A stretch of 63,900 nucleotides of DNA, filler included, from Octopus bimaculoides (taxonomy: Eukaryota), in NCBI RefSeq assembly GCF_001194135.2. It is 9 parts of 7 records of this genome, joined end to end, with 100 filler letters (N's around TTAATTAATTAA, not from the genome) between each part and the next. Parts side by side here need not be neighbours in the genome. Positions count along the whole stretch, not along the records: positions 4,721 to 36,167 come from NC_068982.1; 8 more parts are not named here. One strand, 5' to 3'. The position numbers and the translations under genes were made by a program. The notes under the pieces were generated by a model. That model made no database searches. It worked only from the letters and a program-made list of their open reading frames with translations, and was not told where the DNA came from. Every line of letters starts with the position of its first letter. Position 1 is the first letter of the stretch. Of the stretch, positions 12,820-25,747 are shown one piece after another.

Positions 12820-13210
12820 CAATTAGACAGTGAATGTAGAAGGCGCAAAGGTGCTGCCCTCTGCTGACCCTTGCAGATTGATGTGTTTCATGTTACGTTT
12901 GAAGATCTGGAGGTCGGTGTTTGCAATAAAAATGGGTAGAAACAGAAGTCCAGAACTTTTCAGTTCTGGTAGGGCGGGGGAATTAAAAGAAGTGCTTAAC
13001 GTGGGGGTTTTAAATTTGTTTTTTGAATGATGTACGTAGAGGAGGAAGGGCAACCTTCGTTAAATTTGTGGGGCTCCAAGACTCATGAAAGAGCTTTTTT
13101 ACATCTTTTTAGTCATGCGGTAAGGGGAATGCGTATGACCCTTTACAGACCTTCAAGACTCCTGGGAGGGAGGGTGGTTTCTCAAAGCAGGGACCTGGTT
13201 TGGATGATTT
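12820..13210 (-). mobile_element. Possible 3' remnant of a CR1/L2/Jockey-group LINE
   Basis: Minus translation ..STSFNSPALPELKSSGLLFLPIFIANTDLQIFKRNMKHINL resembles the ..NL..FK..VN end of such ORF2 proteins. Weak, judged by eye. Confidence 0.35.
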
Positions 13211-13284
13211 AGACTAAGTGGATTCCGTAAAAGTTACCCAAGGTTTCAAGTAGTGGTTCTAAGCCAGGCCATGGATTAAGTCGG

Positions 13285-13490
13285 CCAGGTCAGGATTTGA
13301 ACTCAGAAACCAAAGAACCGGAAAATACCACAGGTATCTTATTCGATAGTTCAATGTCATTTAAAGGTTCTGAATTAGTACTTTATGTACTGACCCAGAA
13401 GCGATGATAGGCAAGTTGACCTCGGTGGGATTTGAACTCAGAGCGCTGAGAGCCAATACAGATATTGCGGGGTCCACTATCCGAGGCTCT
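13285..13490 (-). mobile_element. Two partial SINE family B copies
   Basis: GGATTTGAACTCAGA motif at about 13294 and about 13427. Confidence 0.6.
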
Positions 13491-13844
13491 AACAACTCTT
13501 GTCTCGTAAGACGTCAACAGGGTAGTTTCCGTTAGAATCCAAGAGGTAGTATCAAACAGAATGATAGGAGACAAAATAATGAAAGCAGAGAAAGTGGAAG
13601 GGGAGGTGGAGGAGGAGAAGAGGAAGAAGAAGAAGTGAAGGAGGGGAGGAGAGATAAAGGGGTTGAATGAACATGGGTGGAGTTATTTGAAGGTAGGTCG
13701 AGAGAAGCAGTGTGAGGGAGAGAGAGAGAGAGAGAGCGTTACAGTTACAGTTACAGATGAAAAAGACTTTTAAGGAACCGATTAGTGAGTCTTTGTCAAT
13801 TTGATGGATCGCCTTCTTCTTTTGAATACTGTGTAGTTTTGATG

Positions 13845-14050
13845 TTGGTGTTGTTGTTTGTAAGCCTCGGGGTCAATTCTGATCGAAAATATCCATAATC
13901 AAAAACCTCCCAGCTGTGACCTTTCAGTTCTTTCTTTCTTTCTTTCTTTCGGTAAATTAGAAACTACATCAGTCAATGTATCCTTCTATATTTGCAACGA
14001 TAGGCTGTGATTCCAGAGAAATTTTGCTATTATTTCTAACAAGATTAGTA
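13845..14050 (+). mobile_element. Unclassified interspersed repeat (family E)
   Basis: Block with GGTCA..CTGATCGA..ATCAAA..GTGA-CC and ..TGCTATTATTTCTA. Related pieces near 12480, 21590-21775, 27555, 27720 and 38610. Confidence 0.5.
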
Positions 14051-14146
14051 ACTACAAAAATGTCTCACATTGATACGAATCTAGGATCTTTGCGCTAACA
14101 TTTGTTGTTGTTAGTGTTACGGAGACAGCCGTTTTGATATAGTTTA

Positions 14147-14149
<3 letters not shown>

Positions 14150-14209
<60 letters not shown>

Positions 14210-14225
14210 CAGCAGCAGCAGTAGC
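14150..14225. repeat. (GTA)n/(GCA)n microsatellite
   Basis: Direct reading. Confidence 0.9.
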
Positions 14226-14344
14226 TGTTGTTATGGTTGTTGCAATGCAGAAAAGCCTAAAACAAAATATAAATAAAAGAAAATCTGTAGAGAATTTGGC
14301 GGGAAGGCAAAGTGGCTGGGGAGGAGAGTGCTGTTAAAAGAAGA

Positions 14345-14440
14345 CAAAATGGCGAAAAGCATCTTTTTGGCGCCGAATCAACTCGTAAATTCGACCAGAC
14401 TTTGTTGACAGGTTTTCGCGGGAAACCTGTGTTGACAAAG
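14345..14440. promoter_or_regulatory. Candidate promoter-like motif cluster (YY1- and E2F-like sites)
   Basis: CAAAATGGCG (14345-14354), TTTGGCGCC (14366-14374) and TTTCGCGGGAAA (14414-14425) in a small CpG-rich patch. No linked gene seen. Confidence 0.25.
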
Positions 14441-14514
14441 TAAAAGAAAATACGAAAAGAGTGTCGACTCTATCCCTCTCTCCCCTCCAAAGGCACTCTT
14501 TCACTCTTTTTTTA

Positions 14515-14778
14515 CACATACATACATACGTACATACATACATACATACATACATACATACTAATATACATACTTCCAAACTTATATACATACATACTTA
14601 TATACATATATACATACAAACATACAAACATACAAACATACATACATACATAATTATATACATATATCCTAATATACATACATACTTACATACATATATA
14701 CATGCATATATACATACATACATACGTACGTACATACTTATATACATACTTACATAATACTTATATATTCATATATAC
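14515..14778. repeat. (CATA)n array running into an N gap
   Basis: Direct reading. Confidence 0.9.
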
Positions 14779-15534
14779 NNNNNNNNNNNNNNNNNNNNNN
14801 NNNNNNNNNNNNNNNNNNNNNNNNNNNNNNNNNNNNNNNNNNNNNNNNNNNNNNNNNNNNNNNNNNNNNNNNNNNNNNNNNNNNNNNNNNNNNNNNNNNN
14901 NNNNNNNNNNNNNNNNNNNNNNNNNNNNNNNNNNNNNNNNNNNNNNNNNNNNNNNNNNNNNNNNNNNNNNNNNNNNNNNNNNNNNNNNNNNNNNNNNNNN
15001 NNNNNNNNNNNNNNNNNNNNNNNNNNNNNNNNNNNNNNNNNNNNNNNNNNNNNNNNNNNNNNNNNNNNNNNNNNNNNNNNNNNNNNNNNNNNNNNNNNNN
15101 NNNNNNNNNNNNNNNNNNNNNNNNNNNNNNNNNNNNNNNNNNNNNNNNNNNNNNNNNNNNNNNNNNNNNNNNNNNNNNNNNNNNNNNNNNNNNNNNNNNN
15201 NNNNNNNNNNNNNNNNNNNNNNNNNNNNNNNNNNNNNNNNNNNNNNNNNNNNNNNNNNNNNNNNNNNNNNNNNNNNNNNNNNNNNNNNNNNNNNNNNNNN
15301 NNNNNNNNNNNNNNNNNNNNNNNNNNNNNNNNNNNNNNNNNNNNNNNNNNNNNNNNNNNNNNNNNNNNNNNNNNNNNNNNNNNNNNNNNNNNNNNNNNNN
15401 NNNNNNNNNNNNNNNNNNNNNNNNNNNNNNNNNNNNNNNNNNNNNNNNNNNNNNNNNNNNNNNNNNNNNNNNNNNNNNNNNNNNNNNNNNNNNNNNNNNN
15501 NNNNNNNNNNNNNNNNNNNNNNNNNNNNNNNNNN

Positions 15535-15585
<51 letters not shown>

Positions 15586-15709
15586 ATCAGTTCAAACACA
15601 TGCAGTCGGTTTTTACCTTGAAACTGTCTCACTACAGTACTCTACACATAAATTCCACAACGGCTCTTCCTCTATATTCATTTACAACAAACATACGAAC
15701 GTTTGTGCA

Positions 15710-15740
<31 letters not shown>

Positions 15741-17656
15741 TTGTATGTGTATGTTAGCACGTGTGTAGGTATAGGAATCATAGGAATTACATGAATAAAT
15801 GTCTTGCAGTTATACGGAAAATATTTTTATGTGCAATGCAATTAGGAAAAGGGCTCAATAACGAGAAAGTAATCTGATTTAAAACAGTAATATCTACATT
15901 GATTTATATGCTTATAGAATAGATACTTAAAAATAAAATCAGACTAGATATTGAAATGTGTGTGTGCGTGTGTGCACGTGTGTGCACGCGCCAGTGTATG
16001 CGTGAGTGTGTGTGTATGTGTTTATGAAGCTGTTCACATTCAAACGAAGTTATAAATGATAACTCACGATATATTGGATAAAGACAACTGTTAGAAAATA
16101 AAAATGGCCAGAATCTCTAGAAACAAACCCCGTGTCTTCTGTAGACTGGATGGCCGCGGTACCTCTATTGCAAGGAGAGCTGACAAATATCCACCCATTA
16201 GATTTAGGAGCTTAATCTATTCAAGCCAGAAAATGGGGGTATTTATAGTGGTTGCAATTTGAAAATATTTCCTTCTAAAAAGCTCATCAAATGTGAATGA
16301 AGCAATAAATGAAAGATCATATTGAGTAAAAATGCCCCCTTAGACAAGGAAAAGCAAACAAGGTCACTTATAATAATTTAATCTTGTATCTACATAAACG
16401 GCCGAAATACCTATACATCAAAGAGATTAGACAACTTTCTACCGGCAGAATTAAAAGCTTTTTCTTTACAGGCAATAAAATTGAGTAAATTAGCTTAGAT
16501 TCGTTTGACGCATGGAGAAATCTATCTTTAAACAACAGCATATCAAGAAGCGTATGACATGTAGCTGTATGACAAGTAGAAATGCAGTAAATAAAGCTTT
16601 GTCTTTTAATAGGAACTGCTTAGAGAAAAGTAAAGAGTAGTCTATAAAGAAGCATTATTGCAAGGAGATAGATTGTCGAAAACTGTATTGTCTCACCCAG
16701 TAGATTCTTCAGATGTATAAAACAACTGCACTCATTCAAGTTTAGAAAGAGAAAAAAATACATACTACGTTTTGATATTAACATGTCTTGGATTTAAATG
16801 GAAGTTACATAAAACGAATATAAAAGGAAACTAGTAGACGACATTACATTAATTCATCTGAAGTATATTCCCCAAGAATAACAGAAAAATAAAACATTAT
16901 CTCAGAATATATACATTTGCTGTAAAAAAAGAAGTGAAAACATGTCACACTGCAAACACCAAAAGAAATTCATTTTCGAAATATAGTCCAATTTACAAGA
17001 TAGACGATCAATAATGCAGCAATAATTATGCGGGGATTGAAAACACGGAAATGTCAACAGCAATAGATTAGTAGCTACCTGCCCAAAAACATTCCAATAA
17101 TCTATTATATACAGGAATGGAACCAACAACAGACTATTCGAACCAATATTTCCACTCATACATAAACCCATGTCAAAATATGAATAAGAAATAAAAAACA
17201 TGTTAACCAAATCAGGATATGGTGCTGCAAATCTCTGTGTTCTGAGTTCAACTCTATCGTTTATGCTTGTATCGAAAAAAAAGTATAACAATAATCGTAC
17301 AAGGCGATTAGTTGGTGGAACTGTCAGAGAGTCGGACAAAATGTTTCCTAGTATTTGCTCCAGCTCTTTGTGTTCTGACAACAACACTGGTGTCAGGATA
17401 TATCGGCCAAAGTTGCTAGCAGTTCCTTAGAAAGCATAGGTGGCGTAGAGAGGGGAGAATTGCATGGTCAACTGCTTGTCTTATTCGAGAGGATGTTATA
17501 TCATGTATTTCTACTGTCCATCCGAGTTCCATGGGTATTATTTTATCTCAGAGAGAGAAGCAGGGGTCTTAGTTTTGCCTTATTCACAAAGTTCAAAATG
17601 ATCAAGAAAGCCACGTCTGGGTTACGGAATCATGTGTAATTCTTCACACGCTTATA

Positions 17657-18405
17657 CAGAGTGTTTTGGGCTAAATTTGACAATATTTAATGTCTCCTGT
17701 TTCAAGAACAGCTTGATGTATTGGAGAGAAGTGAATGGCGTTGGAGAGCATAAAGATTGAAGTTCTAGTTGAGAAAAGGTTAGCTGAAATGAACGACTGG
17801 AAGAAATCTGAATACTAGAAGAAAGTTACCTGTCTTATGATGATTCGCACCGAGTATCAAAATGCCGAAGACATCATGACTGCTGTTCATCTCACTGTGA
17901 ACATTGTAAAGGCTGTAAGATGACACATGGAGAGCTGTAACAGAGACTACTAAGCCGTGGTCAGCAGAAAAGGATACAACAGGCGTTGTAACTGCATCCA
18001 CACGCCAGAATTCATACAGCAACTGTAGGACAAGGTAATGGAAGATGTGAACAAGGGCATCCGGATTTGACGGGAGAGATGGGTGTTAGAATCGCCACCA
18101 TGATGCTGGCCCTAAATAAGGACCTTCGCTACTACTCGTACAAGAGGTGCAAGGGACAAATTATGACAGCCAAAGCCAAAGAGAACCACTTAAGCTGAGG
18201 TATCATGTTGAGCTGGGGATGACCTGGCCCTTCTAAGATGAAAATAATTCCTGCTAGGACCAGCTTCACAACACCCAGAACAACAGGTTGCTTGCCTCTT
18301 GTCTATGTGATGTTCTACTCTCATGAAAATCAAGTTTTTCCAAACTGTGATAGTCTATGCGTGTGTCTCCTGTGAGGTTGAGATCATGCTGCCCCTCATC
18401 TTTGA
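17657..18405 (+). mobile_element. Tc1/mariner DD37D (maT)-like transposase remnant, N-terminal half
   Basis: Translation includes HTPEFIQQL*DKVMEDVNKGIR, LNKDLRYYSYKRCKGQIMTAKAKENHL, DENNSC*DQLHNTQNNRLL and MKIKFFQTVIVYACVSCEVEIMLP, matching maT motifs. Possible TIR TA|CAGAGTGTTTTGGGC at 17655. Ends at (CA)n. Confidence 0.8.
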
Positions 18406-18406
18406 A

Positions 18407-18424
18407 CACACACACCCACACACA

Positions 18425-18517
<93 letters not shown>
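18407..18517. repeat. (CA)n microsatellite
   Basis: Direct reading. Confidence 0.9.
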
Positions 18518-18522
<5 letters not shown>

Positions 18523-18576
18523 CGTAATTTCAGAACAGACGCTCAGCTTGCTAATCCATGAGGTTTATGTATGTGC

Positions 18577-18616
<40 letters not shown>

Positions 18617-19099
18617 ATGCGCACACAGACATAAACATACATCTACACAGTTCCTTGCGTCATAATAAATACATTTATGTATATGCATGTAGGTATACGT
18701 ATATGTGTGTGTGTCTGTCTATGTATACATACGTGTAACTTGGTGGGCATATATGTAAATGTATGCATGTGTGTATACACACACACACACACAGGTACAG
18801 GACGTCACCACACGTACATACATCCAACTATCCATCCATCCATACATACATACAGAGATATTCGACAGTACATTGCACTCTTTGTAATAGGTTCTGCTTC
18901 TCTCGTTTCACTCTCTCATGTCACTTTCTCTCATGTTACCCCACTCTCGTTCTTATATCACTCTCTTTCTCACTCTCTCTCCCACTTTCTCCCTTTTCTT
19001 TCATTCCTTTCGATGTTATTCAACCGTAAAATCTAGCGTCACATACGATATGTTCTTCCGCAGGACGATTCTGAAAAGCTCACACCAAACACTTCAGGG

Positions 19100-19800
19100 C
19101 CGAAACAACACCACCGGCACCCCCATCGTTTCCATCAACAGTACCGCCGCCACCACCNNNNNNNNNNNNNNNNNNNNNNNNNNNNNNNNNNNNNNNNNNN
19201 NNNNNNNNNNNNNNNNNNNNNNNNNNNNNNNNNNNNNNNNNNNNNNNNNNNNNNNNNNNNNNNNNNNNNNNNNNNNNNNNNNNNNNNNNNNNNNNNNNNN
19301 NNNNNNNNNNNNNNNNNNNNNNNNNNNNNNNNNNNNNNNNNNNNNNNNNNNNNNNNNNNNNNNNNNNNNNNNNNNNNNNNNNNNNNNNNNNCTTTACCAC
19401 CACCGTTTCACCATCTCCAGTCCTCATTAGCATCAACTTAGCCACCACCACTACCACCACCACCACCACCACCAATTCCATTGTTGCCGTCATCACGACT
19501 GCAACCACAACCATCACCACACCGACACCACGATCACCATCATCATGACTAACAACCACCTCGTCCACCCTAACTACTACGTCCATCATCACCACCATCA
19601 CCACCACCATCAACACGAATTCGATAACCACCGCCATCACCACCATATTTCCATCTCTAGCCAGCATCAGAGTCGTCACCTTCACCACTACCATCACCAC
19701 CAACAAAAACAACAAAAACATTTCCATCAACATCACCATAATCATCATGATCCTCATCAGTCGCCGCCGCCGCCGTAGCAGCAGCAGCAACAGCAGCGCG
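19100..19800. repeat. Degenerate (CAC/CAT/CAA)n trinucleotide low-complexity tract (gapped)
   Basis: Direct reading; gives poly-H/T/V pseudo-ORFs. Confidence 0.8.
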
Positions 19801-20362
19801 GCAATATCACCATCACCGTCTCAACCCAATCTCCTAGTCTACTAACACATTACTCACACACACCACTTATACACATACACACACGAACGCACGCATTAAG
19901 GCATGCACACACACACGTATACACACAAATAAGCACATACACACGTAATCGCACATACACTCACGTACCACCCCCAACCACCACCGCTACCACCACCATA
20001 TATGATATATCTAAAGCCTGGAAGCTTTCACTGGCCTCTTGGCGTCAATCAGTTGGAATATCTCGAATTTTCTATTCGATTGCATCGAGGTGATTGACGT
20101 CACCAAGATTTTGTCCGAAATTTCCCGGATGACGAACATTAACAGCAGACAAACACACATACACATACACACACCTACAAAAGATCACGTACGAAGTCTT
20201 TCAGGAATATATGCGTGTACATATGTATATATGTGTGTGCGTGTATGTGAGTACGTGTGCTTGTGTAGACTCTCACAAACATATACTCATAACTATATGT
20301 ACACATAACACTGATGTATGCCCGTATAACGTATACTTCTCCGTGTTTGAATATACATACAT

Positions 20363-20431
<69 letters not shown>

Positions 20432-20949
20432 CATNNNNNNNNNNATATTCATATACACACATATGCATATATGTGTGTATATATGTATGTGCATATATAT
20501 ATGTATGCATATACATATATATATGCATATACATATATGTATATATATATATATATGCATATATTTATTATTTAGATGTGTGTGCGTGTGCATCTGTTGT
20601 ATGTTTATGTGAGTGTGTGTGTGTACACGCACGTGCATGTGTGTCTGTGTGTGTATGTTTATATATGTTTGTGTGTGTGTTGTGTACTTACGTCCGTCTA
20701 GAATTACTTGTGCAATTGTGATTTGTCTTCATAAAACCATGATGACTCCACAGAGACGGCACATAATGTGTAGATTTAACCCTGGGGCACACGACCGCTA
20801 TTTATTTTATTGACCTCGCTCGAAAAACAAAGATGAGCTTAAACTGGCTCGATTTGAACCCCTAATACTCCCCACTAACGTTGCTACCATACCACCGACG
20901 TCGCTTCACAAAGACGACGAGTCGATATAATTGACTTCATTAGGTTGTA

Positions 20950-21327
20950 TGTTTTTCTTGTTTCAGTCATCGGATTACGCCCACGCTGGTGCACCACTTT
21001 GAAGGGTCTCGTCGAACAAATCGACTCAAGTACTTTTTTCTTGCATTTTATTTTTTAAAGCTTGGTACTTAATCTATCGACCTCTTCTGCCGAACAGCTA
21101 AATTTCAGGGACGTAAACAGACCAACACCGATTGTCAAGTGGTGGTGGTGTCAGACACAAAGACGCATATAGATATATGCATTCATATATGTATTGCTTT
21201 GTCTATCATATATAAACAAAAACTGGAACGATATAGACGATATTCGTGAAGAGTTCTATATTTTTGTCAAGACGCTGCCCCAGCAAGGCCGCAATCTAAT
21301 GACTGAAACAAAAAAAAAAGAGAATTT

Positions 21328-21368
<41 letters not shown>

Positions 21369-21562
21369 CCATTCTTACATACATACACGCTCACACAAAA
21401 TGGGCTTCAACACCGTTTTTGTCAACCAAATTTGCTTATAAGGCATTTGCCGGCTCGGGGCTTTAGTCGAAGACAATTTTCCAAAGTGCCGCGCAGAGGA
21501 ACTGAACCCGAAGCTACATTGTTGCAAAGCGAGCCCCTTAACCACACAGGGATGCCTGCGCT
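20950..21562 (-). mobile_element. Fragmented SINE family A pieces
   Basis: Minus 3' half at 20950-21170, a plus-strand tail at 21265-21325, minus head at 21410-21562. Confidence 0.65.
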
Positions 21563-21950
21563 TGTCAAAATATTAATTTTTTCTTGTTATTGTTAAATCC
21601 TCACTCGGATCTTATAAGGCAGATCCCTATGATCAAAATTCACGGTACTCCTTTTATTCAGACATAGTAAATCTGGGACCTCACGATTTCATGTACCGTT
21701 CATTTTTCAGACGGTAGGATATAACTTCAGTGTGATTTGACTGTTATTTCTTGCAGATCAAACGATTACAGAATGGTTTGCAGGTCCCTATTTCATCTCA
21801 GACGTGTAAAACACCGATTTTAATCCCAAGAGACGTTGTTGAAAGTCAAATTCAGAAGGTTATACGTTGGAATGGAAATCAGCTAATTACATTCTTCTAA
21901 CATTCTTATCTCCAACCAATTATCTAGCAGACAATAAACGAGTCAGTCGG

Positions 21951-22008
<58 letters not shown>

Positions 22009-22052
22009 CATTTATCTATCTAACCTCACTGGAGTGTGCATATATATATTTG

Positions 22053-22106
<54 letters not shown>

Positions 22107-22376
22107 CGCACACGCACACACACACACACACACACACACTCTCACACAGACAGATACACACACAGAGGTTAGTTATATGACTCAATTGAATCTAGGCACA
22201 TCAACACGTAGGATGCCAGAAATGGCTAGGTATTATAGTATAGGATTCACAGTGAGTTAAAGCAACCATGAATGTATCAAGTGCTGGTAGGACACCGTAG
22301 ATACGTAAGAATCAAATCCAATCGAGAGTTGGTTCTAGGCGCAGCGTAGTTATAAAAAAGAACACAAATGGGGTTT

Positions 22377-22462
22377 AAAATATACGACAGCTGTTTCGGT
22401 AGAGTTTTATTGATAATTTCAGACTACATCATAGCATAAATCCGCCACCTTCAGGTAAAATT
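22377..22462 (-). ncRNA. Penelope-type minimal hammerhead motif (degenerate)
   Basis: Minus strand TTTTAC-CTGAAGG-TGG...CC-GAA-ACAGCTGT-C-GTATATTTT: palindromic stem III, GUC triplet, A9 changed to G. Confidence 0.45.
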
Positions 22463-22661
22463 TTAAACAAGCATAAACAGGTGAAATAGTTCCTTGATGA
22501 TGTAGAATCCAACCAAATTTTCTTTTTTATATAAGTCCAACGTTGTTGGGTGTGTCATCATGAAGGTCTTCTCTCACCTGAATTATAGGATATGATGTAA
22601 TCTATAAATACGTCAATAAAATTTTACGGAAACAGTTGTAAATTTTAAACTCCGTTTGTGT

Positions 22662-22704
<43 letters not shown>

Positions 22705-23689
22705 NNNNNNNNNNNNNNNNNNNNNNNNNNNNNNNNNNNNNNNNNNNNNNNNNNNNNNNNNNNNNNNNNNNNNNNNNNNNNNNNNNNNNNNNNNNNNNNN
22801 NNNNNNNNNNNNNNNNNNNNNNNNNNNNNNNNNNNNNNNNNNNNNNNNNNNNNNNNNNNNNNNNNNNNNNNNNNNNNNNNNNNNNNNNNNNNNNNNNNNN
22901 NNNNNNNNNNNNNNNNNNNNNNNNNNNNNNNNNNNNNNNNNNNNNNNNNNNNNNNNNNNNNNNNNNNNNNNNNNNNNNNNNNNNNNNNNNNNNNNNNNNN
23001 NNNNNNNNNNNNNNNNNNNNNNNNNNNNNNNNNNNNNNNNNNNNNNNNNNNNNNNNNNNNNNNNNNNNNNNNNNNNNNNNNNNNNNNNNNNNNNNNNNNN
23101 NNNNNNNNNNNNNNNNNNNNNNNNNNNNNNNNNNNNNNNNNNNNNNNNNNNNNNNNNNNNNNNNNNNNNNNNNNNNNNNNNNNNNNNNNNNNNNNNNNNN
23201 NNNNNNNNNNNNNNNNNNNNNNNNNNNNNNNNNNNNNNNNNNNNNNNNNNNNNNNNNNNNNNNNNNNNNNNNNNNNNNNNNNNNNNNNNNNNNNNNNNNN
23301 NNNNNNNNNNNNNNNNNNNNNNNNNNNNNNNNNNNNNNNNNNNNNNNNNNNNNNNNNNNNNNNNNNNNNNNNNNNNNNNNNNNNNNNNNNNNNNNNNNNN
23401 NNNNNNNNNNNNNNNNNNNNNNNNNNNNNNNNNNNNNNNNNNNNNNNNNNNNNNNNNNNNNNNNNNNNNNNNNNNNNNNNNNNNNNNNNNNNNNNNNNNN
23501 NNNNNNNNNNNNNNNNNNNNNNNNNNNNNNNNNNNNNNNNNNNNNNNNNNNNATATATATATATATATATACAGAAGGAGATATATTTAAGAATTTATAA
23601 AAAATTGTAGAGGAATAACTGACCTGTCTTTCTGACATTTTTTTGTAAATTCTTAAATGTTTGTTTTTCAGAACATGGGAAAACTACTG

Positions 23690-24262
23690 ATGGAAAAATT
23701 GACAACTCAAAAAAGAATCGAAATCGTGGCCTTTTCTTTCGTGTTTAACCTGTCCATCATTCGTACCCAAAGAAAATGCTGCAAGAAAAACACTTTTCTG
23801 ATTTGTCGGTTGAATAAACTTGTAGGCAATAGGGCTCAGGGAGTAGCTTGCCACAACGAGGAAGACAACGTGTAGTCTGTTCGCAGATGAATCGTCAACA
23901 TGTGTGAGACTCTGTTAAACAAGAACCTGGAACATCGATTCACAGACGCTCTGATGAGTGGAAACTGTCTCGAATGCCACTGCATTGCAAACTAAGTGAC
24001 AATTTGTACCTGTACCCAGGATAACTTCAACTGTTATAAAAATTGCAAACGACAGGTCATCGACAATGCTTAATTTACTCGATTCAAATTCAAAGGCTGG
24101 ATAATAATGATAACGAATATGTTCATAAGCTGATAATGAGTGACGAGGCTCATTTCCATTTGAATGGTTTTGTTAATAAGCAGAACTGTCCGATCTGGAG
24201 CTAAATACGAGTTGCATCCTCTCAAATGCAGTCTAGTGTGGTCTAAGTTCAAAAATATTATT
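23690..24262 (+). mobile_element. DD41D (rosa-like) Tc1/mariner transposase remnant, 5' part
   Basis: MEKLTTQKRIEIV.. and SDEAHFHLNGFVNKQNCPIWS..LHPLK, matching the FSDEAHFxLNGYVNKQN motif. Confidence 0.8.
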
Positions 24263-24269
24263 GGACATA

Positions 24270-24272
24270 ATG

Positions 24273-24339
<67 letters not shown>

Positions 24340-24340
24340 T
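24270..24340. repeat. (AAT)n array flipping to (ATT)n
   Basis: Direct reading. Confidence 0.9.
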
Positions 24341-24592
24341 GTTCAGTAGTTTTATTTTTATAACGTGCTTTCACTTCACTACCGAGCGCAGCTCTGTGCG
24401 CCTTGGGTATGTGCTGTGGTTTGCTGTGGTGCTCTTGTGTTTACTGTATTGAAAGTGTTTTGCGTAGAATGTGTGCAGTACACAGTAGTGCAATTTTCTG
24501 TATGTTATATATATTTGTAAGTCCTGGTGTTTTTGTTATGTATTTGTCTGAATATTTTTTTTATTTTACCTAAGGCACCTACTATGATAGGA
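24341..24592 (-). mobile_element. 3' end of a Dong/R4-clade RLE retrotransposon with (TAA)n tail
   Basis: Minus translation PIIVGALG.IKK(fs)YSDKYITKTPGLTNIYNIQKIALLCTAHILRKTLSIQ* (stop at 24441-24443), then a ~100-bp UTR ending in AAT repeats. 5' part lost in a gap. Confidence 0.8.
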
Positions 24593-25054
24593 NNNNNNNN
24601 NNNNNNNNNNNNNNNNNNNNNNNNNNNNNNNNNNNNNNNNNNNNNNNNNNNNNNNNNNNNNNNNNNNNNNNNNNNNNNNNNNNNNNNNNNNNNNNNNNNN
24701 NNNNNNNNNNNNNNNNNNNNNNNNNNNNNNNNNNNNNNNNNNNNNNNNNNNNNNNNNNNNNNNNNNNNNNNNNNNNNNNNNNNNNNNNNNNNNNNNNNNN
24801 NNNNNNNNNNNNNNNNNNNNNNNNNNNNNNNNNNNNNNNNNNNNNNNNNNNNNNNNNNNNNNNNNNNNNNNNNNNNNNNNNNNNNNNNNNNNNNNNNNNN
24901 NNNNNNNNNNNNNNNNNNNNNNNNNNNNNNNNNNNNNNNNNNATCAGTGTAATCGGCTCATCCCCTCCCCCAAGACTGCTGCCCTTGTGGCAAAATTTGA
25001 AATCATCGTCATTATTATTATTATTATTATTATTATTACATATTTATTTTTCAT

Positions 25055-25440
25055 TTTTGTATTTTGAAGAGGAAAACAGCAATGCAATGACAATCACTTG
25101 GGAGCAGTACCAGGCCATGCTGGAGGGTTTTTGCCCAGTAGTGCAGGACAAACCTAAACTCTGGTTTCAACAAGATGGTGTCACTATTCCTACACCCCGG
25201 ACAACGATGAAACTTTTGAGACAAATTTTTGGTCATCGAATAATTTTACGAAACACTGAAATTTCATAGTCACCACTTTCTCCTGATCTGATCCTCCTTA
25301 TTAAAATTTTTTTTAATTTTGGGTTATTTTAAGGACCATTTATATATTAATAAACTCCAGGCAATTTAGCAACTTAAGGTTAGCATCTTTGCAGAAAATC
25401 GAGGATTTTAGCCAGAAATATTAACCATAGTTATAAGAGA
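25055..25440 (+). mobile_element. DD41D (rosa-like) transposase remnant, 3' part
   Basis: YFEEENSNAMTITWEQYQAML..LWFQQDGVTIPTPRTTMKLLRQIFGHRIILRN..SPLSPDL, followed by degenerate GYFKDHLYINK. Confidence 0.8.
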
Positions 25441-25480
25441 CGCTATCAAACGAACAGCTTGAAAGTAACTTCCGTTAACA

Positions 25481-25640
25481 ATCGTAAGCACGCAGGGCGA
25501 AATGCTTAGTGGTATTTCGTCTGCGCTACGTCTGAGTTCAAATTCCGCCGTGGTCGACTTTGCCTTTCATCCTTCGGGATCGATGTAATCGACTTAATCT
25601 CTTCCCCCAAATTTGAGACCTTGTGCTTCCAGTAGAAAAG
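25481..25640 (+). mobile_element. SINE family B copy
   Basis: Homology to 9870-10082. Confidence 0.8.
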
Positions 25641-25747
25641 TTCATTTAAGGCCTGAGGAACACTGAATTGGTTTAGTAATAAGTTTATCACGTCATAAAT
25701 TCATTAATGCCTAAAGAGTATAAAATAAGTTAAATTATATATACTTA

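Noticed and set aside
16400-17200. Possible very old RT remnant (LLQGDRLS at about 16650; NSNRL at about 17065)
   Set aside because: Only two short motif-like matches amid many stops; too weak to call.
19080-19790. 236-aa Val/Met-rich ORF and antisense His-rich ORF
   Set aside because: Degenerate trinucleotide low complexity with a gap; no domain or splice evidence.
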